From an uncultured Candidatus Saccharibacteria bacterium (GTDB taxonomy: Bacteria > Patescibacteriota > Minisyncoccia > Minisyncoccales > GWA2-38-27), in contig CAZDKD010000001.1 in NCBI GenBank assembly GCA_964506305.1, forward strand, positions 8,031 through 72,030: 64,000 bases of DNA. The letters are read 5' to 3'. Shown here in pieces: positions 36,387 through 46,362 of the stretch. The notes beneath the pieces are model-generated. The model was given only the letters and a program-made list of their open reading frames with translations, was not told where the DNA came from and did no database searches. The position numbers were made by a program, and so were the translations under genes. Position 1 is the first letter of the stretch. Every line of letters starts with the position of its first letter.

Positions 36387-37121
36387 ATGAAAGAAAATAA
36401 AAAGTTTGTTATTGCATTAGGAGGCTCGGTTATTTGCCCTAAAGAAATTGACAAAGATTACCTTAAGCGCTTTTTTCAGTTTATAAAAAAGGAAGTAAAG
36501 AAAGGGCGTAAATTTATTATTGTAACTGGGGGAGGATATACTGCCAGGAATTATCAGGCGGTTTCTACCGGAATTAGTCGTGTTTCAAAAAAAGACAGGG
36601 ATTGGCTGGGAGTTTACGCTACTAGGCTCAATGCTCGCCTATTAAAAGCGATTTTCAAGAAAGAAGCCCACCCGTTTATTTTTGATAAACGTTTCAAGAT
36701 TAAAACTTTTGGCAAGCACTCTGTGATTATTGGTTCTGGCTGGCAGCCGGGAAATTCGACAGACTATGTGGCCGTTCGGATTGCCGGTGATTTTAAAATC
36801 AAAAGAGTAATTATTTTAGGCAAACCGGATCATGTCTATACTGGTGATTTTGAAAAGGACAAAAAAGCTAGGCCAATTAAAAAAATAACCTGGAAAGATT
36901 ATTTGAAACTTGTTCCTTCTTCTTGGCTGCCCGGCCTTTCCGCGCCAATTGACCCTATTGCGGCCAGATTGGCAAAAAAAGAAAACATGGAAGTGATAGT
37001 AGCTAACGGCAAAGATTTAAATAATCTAAAAATGATTTTAGAAGAGAAGAAATTTAAAGGAACTATTGTAAAACCAAAACATTATGAAAGTTATATTCTT
37101 AGGAGTGGGAGAAGCCTTTGA
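36387..37121 (+). CDS. pyrH: UMP kinase (archaeal-type)
   Basis: VIALGGS, VTGGGYTARNY, PGNSTD, PIDP. Confidence 0.9.
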   Translation: MKENKKFVIALGGSVICPKEIDKDYLKRFFQFIKKEVKKGRKFIIVTGGGYTARNYQAVSTGISRVSKKDRDWLGVYATRLNARLLKAIFKKEAHPFIFDKRFKIKTFGKHSVIIGSGWQPGNSTDYVAVRIAGDFKIKRVIILGKPDHVYTGDFEKDKKARPIKKITWKDYLKLVPSSWLPGLSAPIDPIAARLAKKENMEVIVANGKDLNNLKMILEEKKFKGTIVKPKHYESYILRSGRSL

Positions 37122-37836
37122 TGAGAATAATCCAAATAATTCTCATTTAGTTTTAAGCGGTAAAACAAGCTTGTTGTTAGATTGCGGTTTTGTAGCTCCT
37201 TATCAGCTTTGGAAATATAATAATAATCAATCATTTTTAGACGGAGTGTATATTACTCATCCTCATGCCGATCATTATTTTGGATTACCCGCTTTATTAG
37301 TGAGAATGTGGGAGGAGAAAAGAAAAAGGCAGTTTACTATTATTTGCCAGAAGGGTTTTAAAAAGGTTGTTAAGGAAGTATTAGATTATGCCTATAAAGG
37401 GTGTCTTTCTAATTTTAAGTTCAAATTAAACTTTATAGAAATTGAACCGGGCCAGAATATTAAGTTTAAGAATTTAAAACTGTCTTTTGCCTTGGGGCAG
37501 CATTTTGTAAAAAACGTAGCCATTAAAATAAGCGATGGAGAAAAGATTCTTTGCTATAGCGGCGACGGGATAGTTACCAAGCAAACAAAAGAGCTGTATA
37601 ATAGTTCTGATTTGCTTATTCATGAAGCATATTTGTATAATAAACCATATATATATGATAAGAAGAACCACGCAGCTATTGTTGATTTGATAAAAATGGC
37701 TGAAAAGAATAATATTAAATGTTTAGCTTTGACTCATATTAACCGGCGCGTAAGGAAAGGATTGACTAAGAAAAAGATTTTTAGTAAAAAAGTTAAAGTA
37801 ATTGTTCCCAATCCCTTGGAAGAGTATAAATTATAA
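37084..37836 (+). CDS. MBL-fold hydrolase (RNase Z-like)
   Basis: LLDCG, THPHADH, YSGD, LIHEA, LTH. Confidence 0.85.
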   Translation: MKVIFLGVGEAFDENNPNNSHLVLSGKTSLLLDCGFVAPYQLWKYNNNQSFLDGVYITHPHADHYFGLPALLVRMWEEKRKRQFTIICQKGFKKVVKEVLDYAYKGCLSNFKFKLNFIEIEPGQNIKFKNLKLSFALGQHFVKNVAIKISDGEKILCYSGDGIVTKQTKELYNSSDLLIHEAYLYNKPYIYDKKNHAAIVDLIKMAEKNNIKCLALTHINRRVRKGLTKKKIFSKKVKVIVPNPLEEYKL

Positions 37837-37849
37837 TTTTTAGAGATTT

Positions 37850-38461
37850 ATGAAAAAATATTGTATCATAATAATAATATTAATAATTTTAATTTTGGGG
37901 GGTTATTTTCTCTTTGTCCGAGACGGGGGAGAAAAGGAGCCGGCGGACAATAGCGGTGTAACTCAACCCGCTGATAATATGATTGCGACAATACAAACTA
38001 ACTTTGGCGAGATTAAAATAGAACTTTTCTCGTCTGACGCGCCGAAGACAGTAGAGAACTTTATAAAACTTGCTGAAGGCGGTTTTTATGACGGCACAAA
38101 GTTTCACAGAGTAATAAAGGGGTTTATGATTCAGGGAGGAGATCCTCTTACCAAAGACGATTCTCTCAAAGATAGATGGGGGACAGGCGGGCCAGGCTAT
38201 AGTTTTGCCGACGAGATTCATTCAAACAACCATAATGTTGCTGGCACAATTGCTATGGCTAACGCCGGGCCAAACACTAACGGCAGCCAGTTTTTTATAA
38301 ACACTAATGATAATGATTTTCTTGATACAAAACATACTGTTTTTGGCAAGATAATAGAGGGAATGAATGTTGTTGGAAGCATTGAAAATGTTGCTACAGA
38401 AGGTCCGGATCGCCCGGTTGAGGATATGGTCATTGAGAATATTAAGATGTCAGGCGATTAA
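37850..38461 (+). CDS. Cyclophilin-type peptidyl-prolyl isomerase
   Basis: FHRVIKGFMIQGGDP, MANAGPNTNGSQFFI. Confidence 0.96.
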   Translation: MKKYCIIIIILIILILGGYFLFVRDGGEKEPADNSGVTQPADNMIATIQTNFGEIKIELFSSDAPKTVENFIKLAEGGFYDGTKFHRVIKGFMIQGGDPLTKDDSLKDRWGTGGPGYSFADEIHSNNHNVAGTIAMANAGPNTNGSQFFINTNDNDFLDTKHTVFGKIIEGMNVVGSIENVATEGPDRPVEDMVIENIKMSGD

Positions 38462-38468
38462 AATTAAT

Positions 38469-38597
38469 ATGTTAAAGAATAAAAAAAATCAGAGAAAGAT
38501 AAAAACAAGATATTTTATGTCTTTTCCCTCGCGGCTTAAGGGAAAAGCAGCGAGGGTTCAGTTTAAGCCCGTTCGCAAAAAATCCAAAAAAAAGTAG
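38469..38597 (+). CDS. Small highly basic peptide (42 aa)
   Basis: ATG fits operon gap; K/R-rich. Confidence 0.4.
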   Translation: MLKNKKNQRKIKTRYFMSFPSRLKGKAARVQFKPVRKKSKKK

Positions 38598-38617
38598 TTA
38601 AGTTTAAAAAGTTAAAA

Positions 38618-38839
38618 ATGCTAATTAAGATTAAGGTTTTTCCATATTCAAAAAAGGAAGAGATAACAAAAAAAGCTGAAGATAGCTTTGAAATTAAGGT
38701 GAAGGAAAAACCAATTAGGGGAGAGGCGAACAGAAGGGTGGTTGAAGTTTTATCTTTATATTTTAAAATTCCCGGAGCAAAAATAAGATTAATTAAAGGA
38801 TTTAAGGAGAGAAATAAAATTTTCGAAATTAAAAATTAA
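38618..38839 (+). CDS. DUF167/YggU family
   Basis: IKVKEKPIRGEAN. Confidence 0.85.
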   Translation: MLIKIKVFPYSKKEEITKKAEDSFEIKVKEKPIRGEANRRVVEVLSLYFKIPGAKIRLIKGFKERNKIFEIKN

Positions 38840-38843
38840 ATCT

Positions 38844-39173
38844 ATGAATTTTGAAGAATATCAAAAACTTTCAAGAAAAACCGCTATTTATCCTGACAAG
38901 GATAATAATTTTGTTTATCCGACATTGGGATTAGTTGGCGAGGCGGGCGAAGTGGCTGAAAAAATTAAAAAAGTTTTTAGGGATAATAAGGGAATTCTTG
39001 ACGAAGCGAGAAAAGAGGAATTAAAGAAAGAACTCGGCGATGTTTTGTGGTATCTCGCTCAGCTTTCTAGTGAGTTAGGATTGTCCTTTGACGAGGTTGC
39101 TTGTTTAAATATTGAGAAATTAGCTTCAAGAAAAGAAAGAGGCACTCTTTCGGGAGACGGAGATAATAGGTAA
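38844..39173 (+). CDS. MazG-like NTP pyrophosphohydrolase
   Basis: GEAGEVAEK, ELGDVLWY, GDGDNR. Confidence 0.92.
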   Translation: MNFEEYQKLSRKTAIYPDKDNNFVYPTLGLVGEAGEVAEKIKKVFRDNKGILDEARKEELKKELGDVLWYLAQLSSELGLSFDEVACLNIEKLASRKERGTLSGDGDNR

Positions 39174-39343
39174 GCCCAACAAGGGGTTGACTAGTTTTTA
39201 TTTACATGCTAAACTTATTTTAAGTTTCTGATGAAAAGGTGGTCGAGTTTCTTTAAGAGCTAGGATTTTAAGGTTAAGACCTACTATGCAGTAGGTCTAA
39301 AATTTTAAAATCATTTATTAATTTTATTTTTTAATTTGTAACC

Positions 39344-39541
39344 ATGGAAGGAACTATTAAAAAGCTTACAGACAAAGGATTTGGATTTATTGCCGTTGAA
39401 GGTGAAGAGAAAGATTTATTCTTTCACCAAAATGAACTTCAAGGCGTAAGTTATGAAGAGCTTAAGGAAGGTGATAAAGTATCTTTCGAAAAAGCTGATT
39501 CTCCAAAAGGACCTAATGCGGTAAATGTAACACGCATTTAA
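39344..39541 (+). CDS. Cold-shock protein
   Basis: KGFGFI, LFFH, KGPNAVNV; long 5' UTR. Confidence 0.95.
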   Translation: MEGTIKKLTDKGFGFIAVEGEEKDLFFHQNELQGVSYEELKEGDKVSFEKADSPKGPNAVNVTRI

Positions 39542-39624
39542 TTGTCTAAAGTAAAAATTTTGATTTTTCACCCGGTGTAAATCTTACATCGGGTTTTTTC
39601 TTGAGCTATGAAAAAACTGCCAAG

Positions 39625-39939
39625 TTAATTGGCAGTTTTTGTTTTTTGTTTTTTTGCTCTTTGTATTTTCTTCCATTTTTTACTGAAGAGGAAAGTCTTA
39701 TCGCGTATTTTTCCGTGATGTCCCTGCTTGCCCCAAATTTTGAAGTGCAGATTAAAGCTCTCCTTGCTTTCTATTGAGGACATTGCAAATTGATAAGAGC
39801 ATGTCCATAAGTTATGCTTTCTTCCGTCGGCGCAGGCTATTTCACTATTGAAATCACTTGCTGGCAGTTGCTGGGCAATTACTTCATTGGTATCGCTGTT
39901 CAACGGTTCTACAAACCAAATGTATTCTCTTTCTGTCAT
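39625..39939 (-). CDS. Hypothetical protein (autonomous cassette)
   Basis: Reverse-strand TTGACA 39998-40003, TTGTTCTTTAA, SD AAAGGAGA, ATG 39939. Confidence 0.7.
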   Translation of the reverse strand: MTEREYIWFVEPLNSDTNEVIAQQLPASDFNSEIACADGRKHNLWTCSYQFAMSSIESKESFNLHFKIWGKQGHHGKIRDKTFLFSKKWKKIQRAKKQKTKTAN

Positions 39940-40072
39940 TTTTTCTCCTTTTTTAAAGAACAATTAATATAAATATATTAACAATTTTATTTGAATATGT
40001 CAAGGTTGGCTGACGAATTGAGGATTTTCTGGTAGAATAAAGTATTATAAAATAATTTAAGGAAACGAAATT

Positions 40073-40837
40073 ATGTCACTTTTTTATAACCCCAAGCGAA
40101 CTCGCAATTTATTTGATCCCGCCTCAAAAGAGCCGTTTAATTTGAGCCGTTCAAAGCTGGAACTTTTTTTGGAGTGCCCGAGATGTTTTTATTTGGATCG
40201 GCGGCTCGGCATAGGCCGGCCCTCGGGCCCGTCTTTTAGCTTGAACTCAGCAGTTGACTCGCTGCTGAAAAAAGAATTTGACGCTCACCGGGCTGAAGGC
40301 AGAGAACATCCATTAATGAAGGCTTATGGTGTCAAAGCAGTGCCCTTTCAGCATGAAAAATTGGACGATTGGCGCCATGTTTTTAATGGAATTCGGGTTT
40401 TACATCCTCAGACAAACTTCTTGCTTTTTGGCGCAATCGACGATATTTGGTTCAGCAATGAAAACAAAGAACTTTTAATTGTTGATTACAAGGCGACAAG
40501 CACCGAAAAAGAGATTACTCTTGATGACAAGTGGAAAGGAGTTTATAAAAGGCAGATGGAAATTTATCAATGGCTTGCCAGGCACAATATGGATTTAAAA
40601 GAATACAAAATTTCTGATACTGGCTATTTCGTTTATTGCAACGGTAAAAAAGACAGAAAGGCCTTTGATGGAAAGTTGGAGTTTGATATTGTTTTGATAC
40701 CCTATAAGGGGAGCGATGATTGGGTGGAGGAAAAAGTTATGGAAGCCCATGAATGTCTTATGGGGGATACTATTCCCGAGATGGCAGAGGATTGCGATTT
40801 CTGCCGTTACAGGAAGGAGATTACAAAAGTGGAATAA
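40073..40837 (+). CDS. PD-(D/E)XK nuclease family protein (AddB/Cas4-like Cys pattern)
   Basis: LSRSK..CPRCF, GAIDD..VDYK, QMEIY, CDFC. Confidence 0.88.
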   Translation: MSLFYNPKRTRNLFDPASKEPFNLSRSKLELFLECPRCFYLDRRLGIGRPSGPSFSLNSAVDSLLKKEFDAHRAEGREHPLMKAYGVKAVPFQHEKLDDWRHVFNGIRVLHPQTNFLLFGAIDDIWFSNENKELLIVDYKATSTEKEITLDDKWKGVYKRQMEIYQWLARHNMDLKEYKISDTGYFVYCNGKKDRKAFDGKLEFDIVLIPYKGSDDWVEEKVMEAHECLMGDTIPEMAEDCDFCRYRKEITKVE

Positions 40838-40839
40838 GT

Positions 40840-40944
40840 ATGAAGAAATTAGGCCTAAAAGTAAGGTTGCTGATATTGATAATAACGGGATTTTTGGTTT
40901 TACTCGGTTGGTTTTTGTATTATTATGTTCTTCTCCGTATATAA
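40840..40944 (+). CDS. Small single-TM protein (34 aa)
   Basis: ATG right after previous stop; hydrophobic. Confidence 0.45.
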   Translation: MKKLGLKVRLLILIITGFLVLLGWFLYYYVLLRI

Positions 40945-41028
40945 AAAGCGTCTGGATAAAGAACGAGTCTCTGTGATTTTAAAAAAGAATTAAAAAGAAG
41001 CCCGAGTTAATTTATTTTCTCGGGCTTT

Positions 41029-41817
41029 TTAAATTTTTAATTTTAATTTTTTTTCTTTCAGTTTGAGCGTTTCGTGCCTTCTTATTCTTTCCAGAGCGTC
41101 TCTGACAATCTGCCGGATTCTTTCCCGGCTGCAGTCCATTTTCTGGCCGATTTCTTCTAAGGTGTAAGGCATGCCATTTTCTAAACCAAACCTCATTTTA
41201 ATAATTTTTTCCTCTCTTGTTGTTAATACTACTTCTAAATCATTTTTTATTTCTTCTACTAAGATATTATTAGAAGCCGTTGTTACTGGAGAAGGAATTT
41301 TTTTATCTTCAATAAATTCTCTAAAAGCAGTATCTTCATTTTCTCCCATCATTATATTTAAGGGAATAATGTTTGGAAAAAATTGGAAAACTTTTTTTAT
41401 TCGCTGGACTCTAATAATTTCAACTTTCATTTCTCTTGCTATTTCTTTTTCTGTGGGTTCTCGGTTTAATTTTCTCTTGAGTTTTTTCTCGCTTTTGGTG
41501 TATTTATTTAAGTGCCCAATCATGTGAGCGGGGAGACGGATTGTTCTTCCTTTATTAATTAAAGCTCTAGTTACGGCTTGTCTTATCCACCAAGTGGCGT
41601 AAGTTGAAAACCTATATTCTTTTTGATGGTCAAATCTTTCTGCTGCGGCAAATAAGCCGAGGATGCCTTCTTGAATTAGGTCTTCAAGAGTTAAGTCCGG
41701 AGATCTGCCAATGTATTTTTTAGCGATAAAAACCACTAATCCTATATGCTCTCGGTAGAATTTTTCCTTTTCAGAAATTGATAAGTTTCGAGTTTTAAGT
41801 ATTTTTTTTCTTCCCAT
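41029..41817 (-). CDS. RpoD-like sigma70 factor lacking region 1
   Basis: DLIQEGILGL, FSTYATWWIRQA, RTIRLP, TLEEIG..SRERIRQI. Confidence 0.93.
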   Translation of the reverse strand: MGRKKILKTRNLSISEKEKFYREHIGLVVFIAKKYIGRSPDLTLEDLIQEGILGLFAAAERFDHQKEYRFSTYATWWIRQAVTRALINKGRTIRLPAHMIGHLNKYTKSEKKLKRKLNREPTEKEIAREMKVEIIRVQRIKKVFQFFPNIIPLNIMMGENEDTAFREFIEDKKIPSPVTTASNNILVEEIKNDLEVVLTTREEKIIKMRFGLENGMPYTLEEIGQKMDCSRERIRQIVRDALERIRRHETLKLKEKKLKLKI

Positions 41818-42023
41818 TTTCTGTACCCTTTCTAAAAGATATTTTGTAAAAGAACTTAGCGTATCATATAAATTAAATTACAAACTGTCAATTTTTTAAA
41901 AGATGGTTGAAATTTTTATTATTGCTCTTGCCAATAGATTTATAGCGGGGTAAAATAAAAATGAGGAAAAGGTCGGGTAAGCCCGATAAAGGGCAAAGAA
42001 TAAAAGATCGGAATTACAATCTT

Positions 42024-42323
42024 ATGAAGAGCATATTAATGTTTATAACAGTTATTGTAATAGGGCTTGGCGTTATTGCTACTGTTTGTTATATTCTTTT
42101 ATCAGAGGAACCTTTAACATTTCAGCCTCCCGTTGGAATAAAAAGTGGGACAGTCCCGCTACCGGCAACCGGCAATATAGATGATGCGGTAGATACTCTG
42201 CTGAGAGAATTAGTTGATGAAGAATCGTTATATGAAGAAGAAGGATATGATGTAGAAATACTAATAAGCGATATAGAAGAGATTAGTGATTTTGGTCAAT
42301 CTATAGATGAAAGTGAATTGTAA
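42024..42323 (+). CDS. Hypothetical membrane-anchored protein
   Basis: Likely start ATG 42024; N-terminal TM. Confidence 0.65.
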   Translation: MKSILMFITVIVIGLGVIATVCYILLSEEPLTFQPPVGIKSGTVPLPATGNIDDAVDTLLRELVDEESLYEEEGYDVEILISDIEEISDFGQSIDESEL

Positions 42324-43158
42324 AAAAACACTTACAATTGGGGTTTTGATGATTGCTATAGCTGCTATTTTAGTGCCTGTTTTGATTTTGGCTCAGCCCA
42401 AGGGTAATGGTAGCGGTAATGGCGATGGCAAAGGTGATGGTAAGCCCGAAGACACTGGTAAGCCTGAGGATGCTGGTAATGGAGGAAAGGGTTTTTGTGA
42501 TAGGATTTCAACAATTTATTCTAATATCGAAAATAGATATGGCAATCGTAATGGCAAGCTTGAAGAGAAAAGAAATCAAATAGAAAATAGGATTAGCGAA
42601 CGCCGAAGCGAGCGCGATGCCAAACTTGTTGAAAAGCGAGCAAAATGGAATGAAAATCGTACCCAGCATTTCGAAAAATTAGAAGAAAAAGCTGGAACCG
42701 ATGAACAAAAGCAGGCAGTATTGGCATTTGTCCAAGCAGTTGAAGAGGCTATCGTAGCTCGTCGAGTGGCAATTGATGAAGCAACCCAGGAGTTTCGAGA
42801 AGGCGTTGATGAGCTAAAAGCTTCACGCAAATCATCTGCTAATGCTTTGCTTACAACTTATAGGAATACCATTAGATTGGCCACTGAAAAAGCTGAGTCT
42901 GATTGCGCGGACGGCATGGATCCGAATACTGTTCGTGAGAATTTGCGCTCTCAATTTAGAGCAGCCCAGGGAGATTTTGAGAGTGGCACAGAGAAAATTG
43001 AAGGGTTAAAAGATCAGATGGAATTGCTTATTATTGCTAAAAAGGAAGCAATAGAACAAGCAACTGATAGTTTCAAGACGGCATTAGAAGAAGCGCGAGA
43101 TGAGTTCAAAGCTACTATAAGAGAGCCAGGCGAAGAGGAAGAAGAGGAGGAAGGATAA
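42307..43158 (+). CDS. Secreted coiled-coil protein
   Basis: Signal peptide, Gly-rich linker, helical charged region. Confidence 0.75.
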   Translation: MKVNCKKTLTIGVLMIAIAAILVPVLILAQPKGNGSGNGDGKGDGKPEDTGKPEDAGNGGKGFCDRISTIYSNIENRYGNRNGKLEEKRNQIENRISERRSERDAKLVEKRAKWNENRTQHFEKLEEKAGTDEQKQAVLAFVQAVEEAIVARRVAIDEATQEFREGVDELKASRKSSANALLTTYRNTIRLATEKAESDCADGMDPNTVRENLRSQFRAAQGDFESGTEKIEGLKDQMELLIIAKKEAIEQATDSFKTALEEARDEFKATIREPGEEEEEEEG

Positions 43159-43252
43159 ACTGCGTTTTTAAACTTGACAGAGATTTTTTAATATGTTATA
43201 TAGAAATATACGAAAGTTTTAATTAATAATAAATAAACTTAAATAAAAATCT

Positions 43253-43624
43253 ATGGATAAAGAAGTTTTAAAATCAATAGTTTCTTTAGTAATAATTGGC
43301 GCAGTTTTTCTTATTTCTGCCGGTTTTATTTTTCAGCAACAGTATGAATTGGATAAACAGATAGCGGCTATAGTTTCTTTTCCAGAACCTGAAGAAGACG
43401 GGGGAGCAAGCGGCCAACTAACAGGTAGGCTTGCGGGCCAGGCAAAAAAGATATTTTTATCAAATTGTCTCAATAATGCTTTTGATAATTTTGAAAATCT
43501 TTGGAACCAGGAATGTGAAAAACAAGGATTAGAAGAGAAGTGCAGTTTACCTGACGAAGTTGCTAAGAAGTTGATAGATGATTATCAACAGGTTAAAGAT
43601 GACTGCTATAAAAAGTATAACTAA
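43253..43624 (+). CDS. Hypothetical membrane-anchored protein
   Basis: N-terminal TM; own promoter 43174 and terminator. Confidence 0.7.
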   Translation: MDKEVLKSIVSLVIIGAVFLISAGFIFQQQYELDKQIAAIVSFPEPEEDGGASGQLTGRLAGQAKKIFLSNCLNNAFDNFENLWNQECEKQGLEEKCSLPDEVAKKLIDDYQQVKDDCYKKYN

Positions 43625-43742
43625 TTAGTTAAGCCGAGCAAATAAAATTTCTCAGAAATTTTTACCCTCATGCTATTGAGGGTTTTTTGTTGCGTGGTAA
43701 TTATGTTACAATAAAATAGTTGGGTATAATATAAACAAGCTT

Positions 43743-43868
43743 ATGGAGGAAAAAAGTAGAAAAGGTGTTAAAGTAATGGCTTTGATGACCGGGCTGTTGG
43801 TTGGCTTGGCTTTTCTTCAGGTAATAATAGCGCTCTTTCAAATGGTGTTAATATTATTTAAATTATAA
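43743..43868 (+). CDS. Small single-TM protein (41 aa, not in ORF track)
   Basis: MEEKSRKGVKVMALMTGLLVGLAFLQVIIALFQMVLILFKL, just after TATAAT. Confidence 0.5.
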   Translation: MEEKSRKGVKVMALMTGLLVGLAFLQVIIALFQMVLILFKL

Positions 43869-43872
43869 AAAC

Positions 43873-44865
43873 ATGAAAATTTCTTTAAGGGTTAAGTTAA
43901 TAACGCTAGCTGTAATCTGCACTATTATCTCGTTAGAAATAGTCGCGGTGCTTTTCTATTATCGGGATAAGCTAGTTCCGGATTTTGATACGATTTCCCA
44001 GATATTTGAAAAAGACGAAGAAGGAAAAAGTTTCACCCTTAAAGAGAAAGAATCTGTTACGGACGAAGAAACCCGAAAAAGAATTGAGGATCTGGAAGAT
44101 AAAATTAAGGAACTGGAAGATGAGCAAAGAGTTCCTTTTCCTGATGACGGTTCGGCTCCTCCGCTGACTAAGGATCAAATTAGCACTATAGTTCAGCTTT
44201 GGTGTCCCGATGATGATTATAATTCCAGTGGATTTATCAGCATTGGATCCGGCACCATTGTTGATCTCGAAGGGGTTATTATTACTAATAGGCATGTTGT
44301 TTCAAATTACGACTGGAGCGTTATTAGATCCTCGCCGACTTGTTATGTTGCTGTTACCGAAAATATTGCCTATCCTCCTGAAATAAAATATATGGCAGAT
44401 TTGGTGGCTTACGCTCCTCCGCCGGCAGGTTATCCTAATGTTGAGAATTTTGATTATGATGTGGCAGTTTTATATATTTTTGATGTCTGTCATGAATGTG
44501 AGGGAGCGCCTAAAGCTCTTCCTCCAAATTTTTCTTATTTGAAATTAGGTTATTCTGATATTCTCAAGCCCGGAGATTATGTAGCGATTGCCGGTTATCC
44601 TCAAATAGGAGCGGGAACTTTTAATTTTACCGAGGGGATAATTAGCGGAAGGGTGGGAGAGTTTGTTTTAAAAACTGATGCTAAAATAGATTCTGGGAAT
44701 TCCGGAGGATCTGTTTTAGATAATAAAAATCGGCTTGTTGGCATTCCCACTTGGACAATAAGCGGGCCAGCCGAGAGTATGGGTTATGTTATTGGGATTG
44801 ATCAAATTTTAGAATGGTGGGAGGAAAAAGTTTTACCTTCCGAATCATTAGATGTGCCTTACTAA
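43873..44865 (+). CDS. Trypsin-like serine protease
   Basis: GSG, ITNRHVV, DVAVL, IDSGNSGG. Confidence 0.9.
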   Translation: MKISLRVKLITLAVICTIISLEIVAVLFYYRDKLVPDFDTISQIFEKDEEGKSFTLKEKESVTDEETRKRIEDLEDKIKELEDEQRVPFPDDGSAPPLTKDQISTIVQLWCPDDDYNSSGFISIGSGTIVDLEGVIITNRHVVSNYDWSVIRSSPTCYVAVTENIAYPPEIKYMADLVAYAPPPAGYPNVENFDYDVAVLYIFDVCHECEGAPKALPPNFSYLKLGYSDILKPGDYVAIAGYPQIGAGTFNFTEGIISGRVGEFVLKTDAKIDSGNSGGSVLDNKNRLVGIPTWTISGPAESMGYVIGIDQILEWWEEKVLPSESLDVPY

Positions 44866-44893
44866 CAAGGCAAATAATTTTAGAATATAAGAT

Positions 44894-45115
44894 ATGAAAA
44901 AAATATCAAAAGTTTTAGCAATATATACTATTTTGATTTCTCTTTTTATTATAGGAGCTAATTTTGTTTTAATAGACCAAGAGATGTCTGTCAATTCTCG
45001 AATGGCTTGGATATCCTTAATAGTTATGGCTCCGGTTATTATATTTTCCGCCTTGGTAATTTTTTACTCAAGAGGAAAAAAAGAAGAAAAACCAGAAGAG
45101 CCAATGGAAGAATAG
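44894..45115 (+). CDS. Small membrane protein
   Basis: Two TM segments. Confidence 0.65.
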   Translation: MKKISKVLAIYTILISLFIIGANFVLIDQEMSVNSRMAWISLIVMAPVIIFSALVIFYSRGKKEEKPEEPMEE

Positions 45116-45121
45116 AAAAAC

Positions 45122-45958
45122 ATGGTTTCTTTGTATGTTACAAAATTTAACGGAGGAAGAGAGCTTTTTTCTGTTAAGAAAGTATTCTGGTCAGCCAGGC
45201 GAGTTGGCGCTTCCAAAAAACTAGCTGAGGAAATTGCTGAAACTATTAAAAAAGAGGCATACCCCGAAATTAAAACTTCTGAGATTTTTAAGAGAATAAA
45301 AAAAATACTTCAGAAGAAGGTTCCCCGGGCTGCTATAAAATTCAATCTTAAAAAAGGAATAAGGAAGCTTGGGCCTACCGGATTTCCTTTTGAAAAATAC
45401 ATCGGAGCAGTTTTTTCTAAACAGGGTTATAAGGTGGAATTGAACCGGCATATTCCCGGTTTTTGCTGTCGGGAATACGAAATAGATTTTTTAGCTAGAA
45501 AAAACAGCTTGCTTTATATCGGCGAATGCAAATACCGTAATTTACCTAAGCATAAAATTCATTCAGATACTGCTTTAGCAAACTATGCTCGCTTCTTAGA
45601 CATTAAAAAAGGTTGTGGTTTGGGAAAAGATGTTAAAGTTAAAAGTTTACTAATTACTAATACTAAGTTTACAACTAAGGCTGTTAGGTATTCTGAATGC
45701 GTGGGAGTTGAGATTTTAGGCTGGAATTATCCCAAAGGCAAGGGATTAGAGTATGTGATAGATAGCCAGAAATTATACCCGATTACGGTTCTCCCTTCTT
45801 TAAATCGGTATTTGGCTAAGATTTTTGCTTTAAAGAAAATTATGCTGGTTCAGGATATTCTAAAGATTAATGTCGGAAGTTTTGCTAAAACAACAAAGAT
45901 ACCTAAAAAACGCCTTCAATCTTTAATAAAAGAAGCAGAGGTTTTATTAAAATTATGA
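45122..45958 (+). CDS. ATP-cone plus restriction-endonuclease-like protein
   Basis: VTKFNGGRELFS ATP-cone; GFPFEKY, EIDFLA..ECK, ITNTKFT. Confidence 0.85.
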   Translation: MVSLYVTKFNGGRELFSVKKVFWSARRVGASKKLAEEIAETIKKEAYPEIKTSEIFKRIKKILQKKVPRAAIKFNLKKGIRKLGPTGFPFEKYIGAVFSKQGYKVELNRHIPGFCCREYEIDFLARKNSLLYIGECKYRNLPKHKIHSDTALANYARFLDIKKGCGLGKDVKVKSLLITNTKFTTKAVRYSECVGVEILGWNYPKGKGLEYVIDSQKLYPITVLPSLNRYLAKIFALKKIMLVQDILKINVGSFAKTTKIPKKRLQSLIKEAEVLLKL

Positions 45959-46284
45959 AATATACAGATTTTAAGGAAATTTTAGAAGTGATTGCTGGTT
46001 CTGCCAGAAAAAAGGAAACGGTAGAAATTTATTATCCTAAAACGGAAAATAATCCCGAGGGTTGGCGGGAAGTTGAACCTTATAGTTTGGCTACTGACCT
46101 TGCTCCGGAGGGAGAACACTTAATTTATGGGAAAGATCGCTTGAGTCCCGGTCATATTTTCAACGGGTATACAGTAGGAAGTTATGATAAGCATTGCGAT
46201 TCTTTTATTATTGGCAAAATTAAAGCGGCTAGAGTTGGCGGAAAGAAATTTAGTCCCAGAAATAATTGGCAGGTGGAGTTTTAG
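45955..46284 (+). CDS. Stand-alone WYL-like domain protein
   Basis: VEIYY..REVEPYSL..SFIIGKI. Confidence 0.55.
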   Translation: MKYTDFKEILEVIAGSARKKETVEIYYPKTENNPEGWREVEPYSLATDLAPEGEHLIYGKDRLSPGHIFNGYTVGSYDKHCDSFIIGKIKAARVGGKKFSPRNNWQVEF

Positions 46285-46362
46285 CTTGTTTTCTAATCTC
46301 TAATAGAGTAAAATGTTAAAAAAGGTCGATTTTGTTTTATCGGCTAAAACCTTTTTTTTAAA

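Noticed and set aside
40073-40837. CRISPR-associated Cas4
   Set aside because: No other cas genes or array; treated as a stand-alone PD-(D/E)XK nuclease
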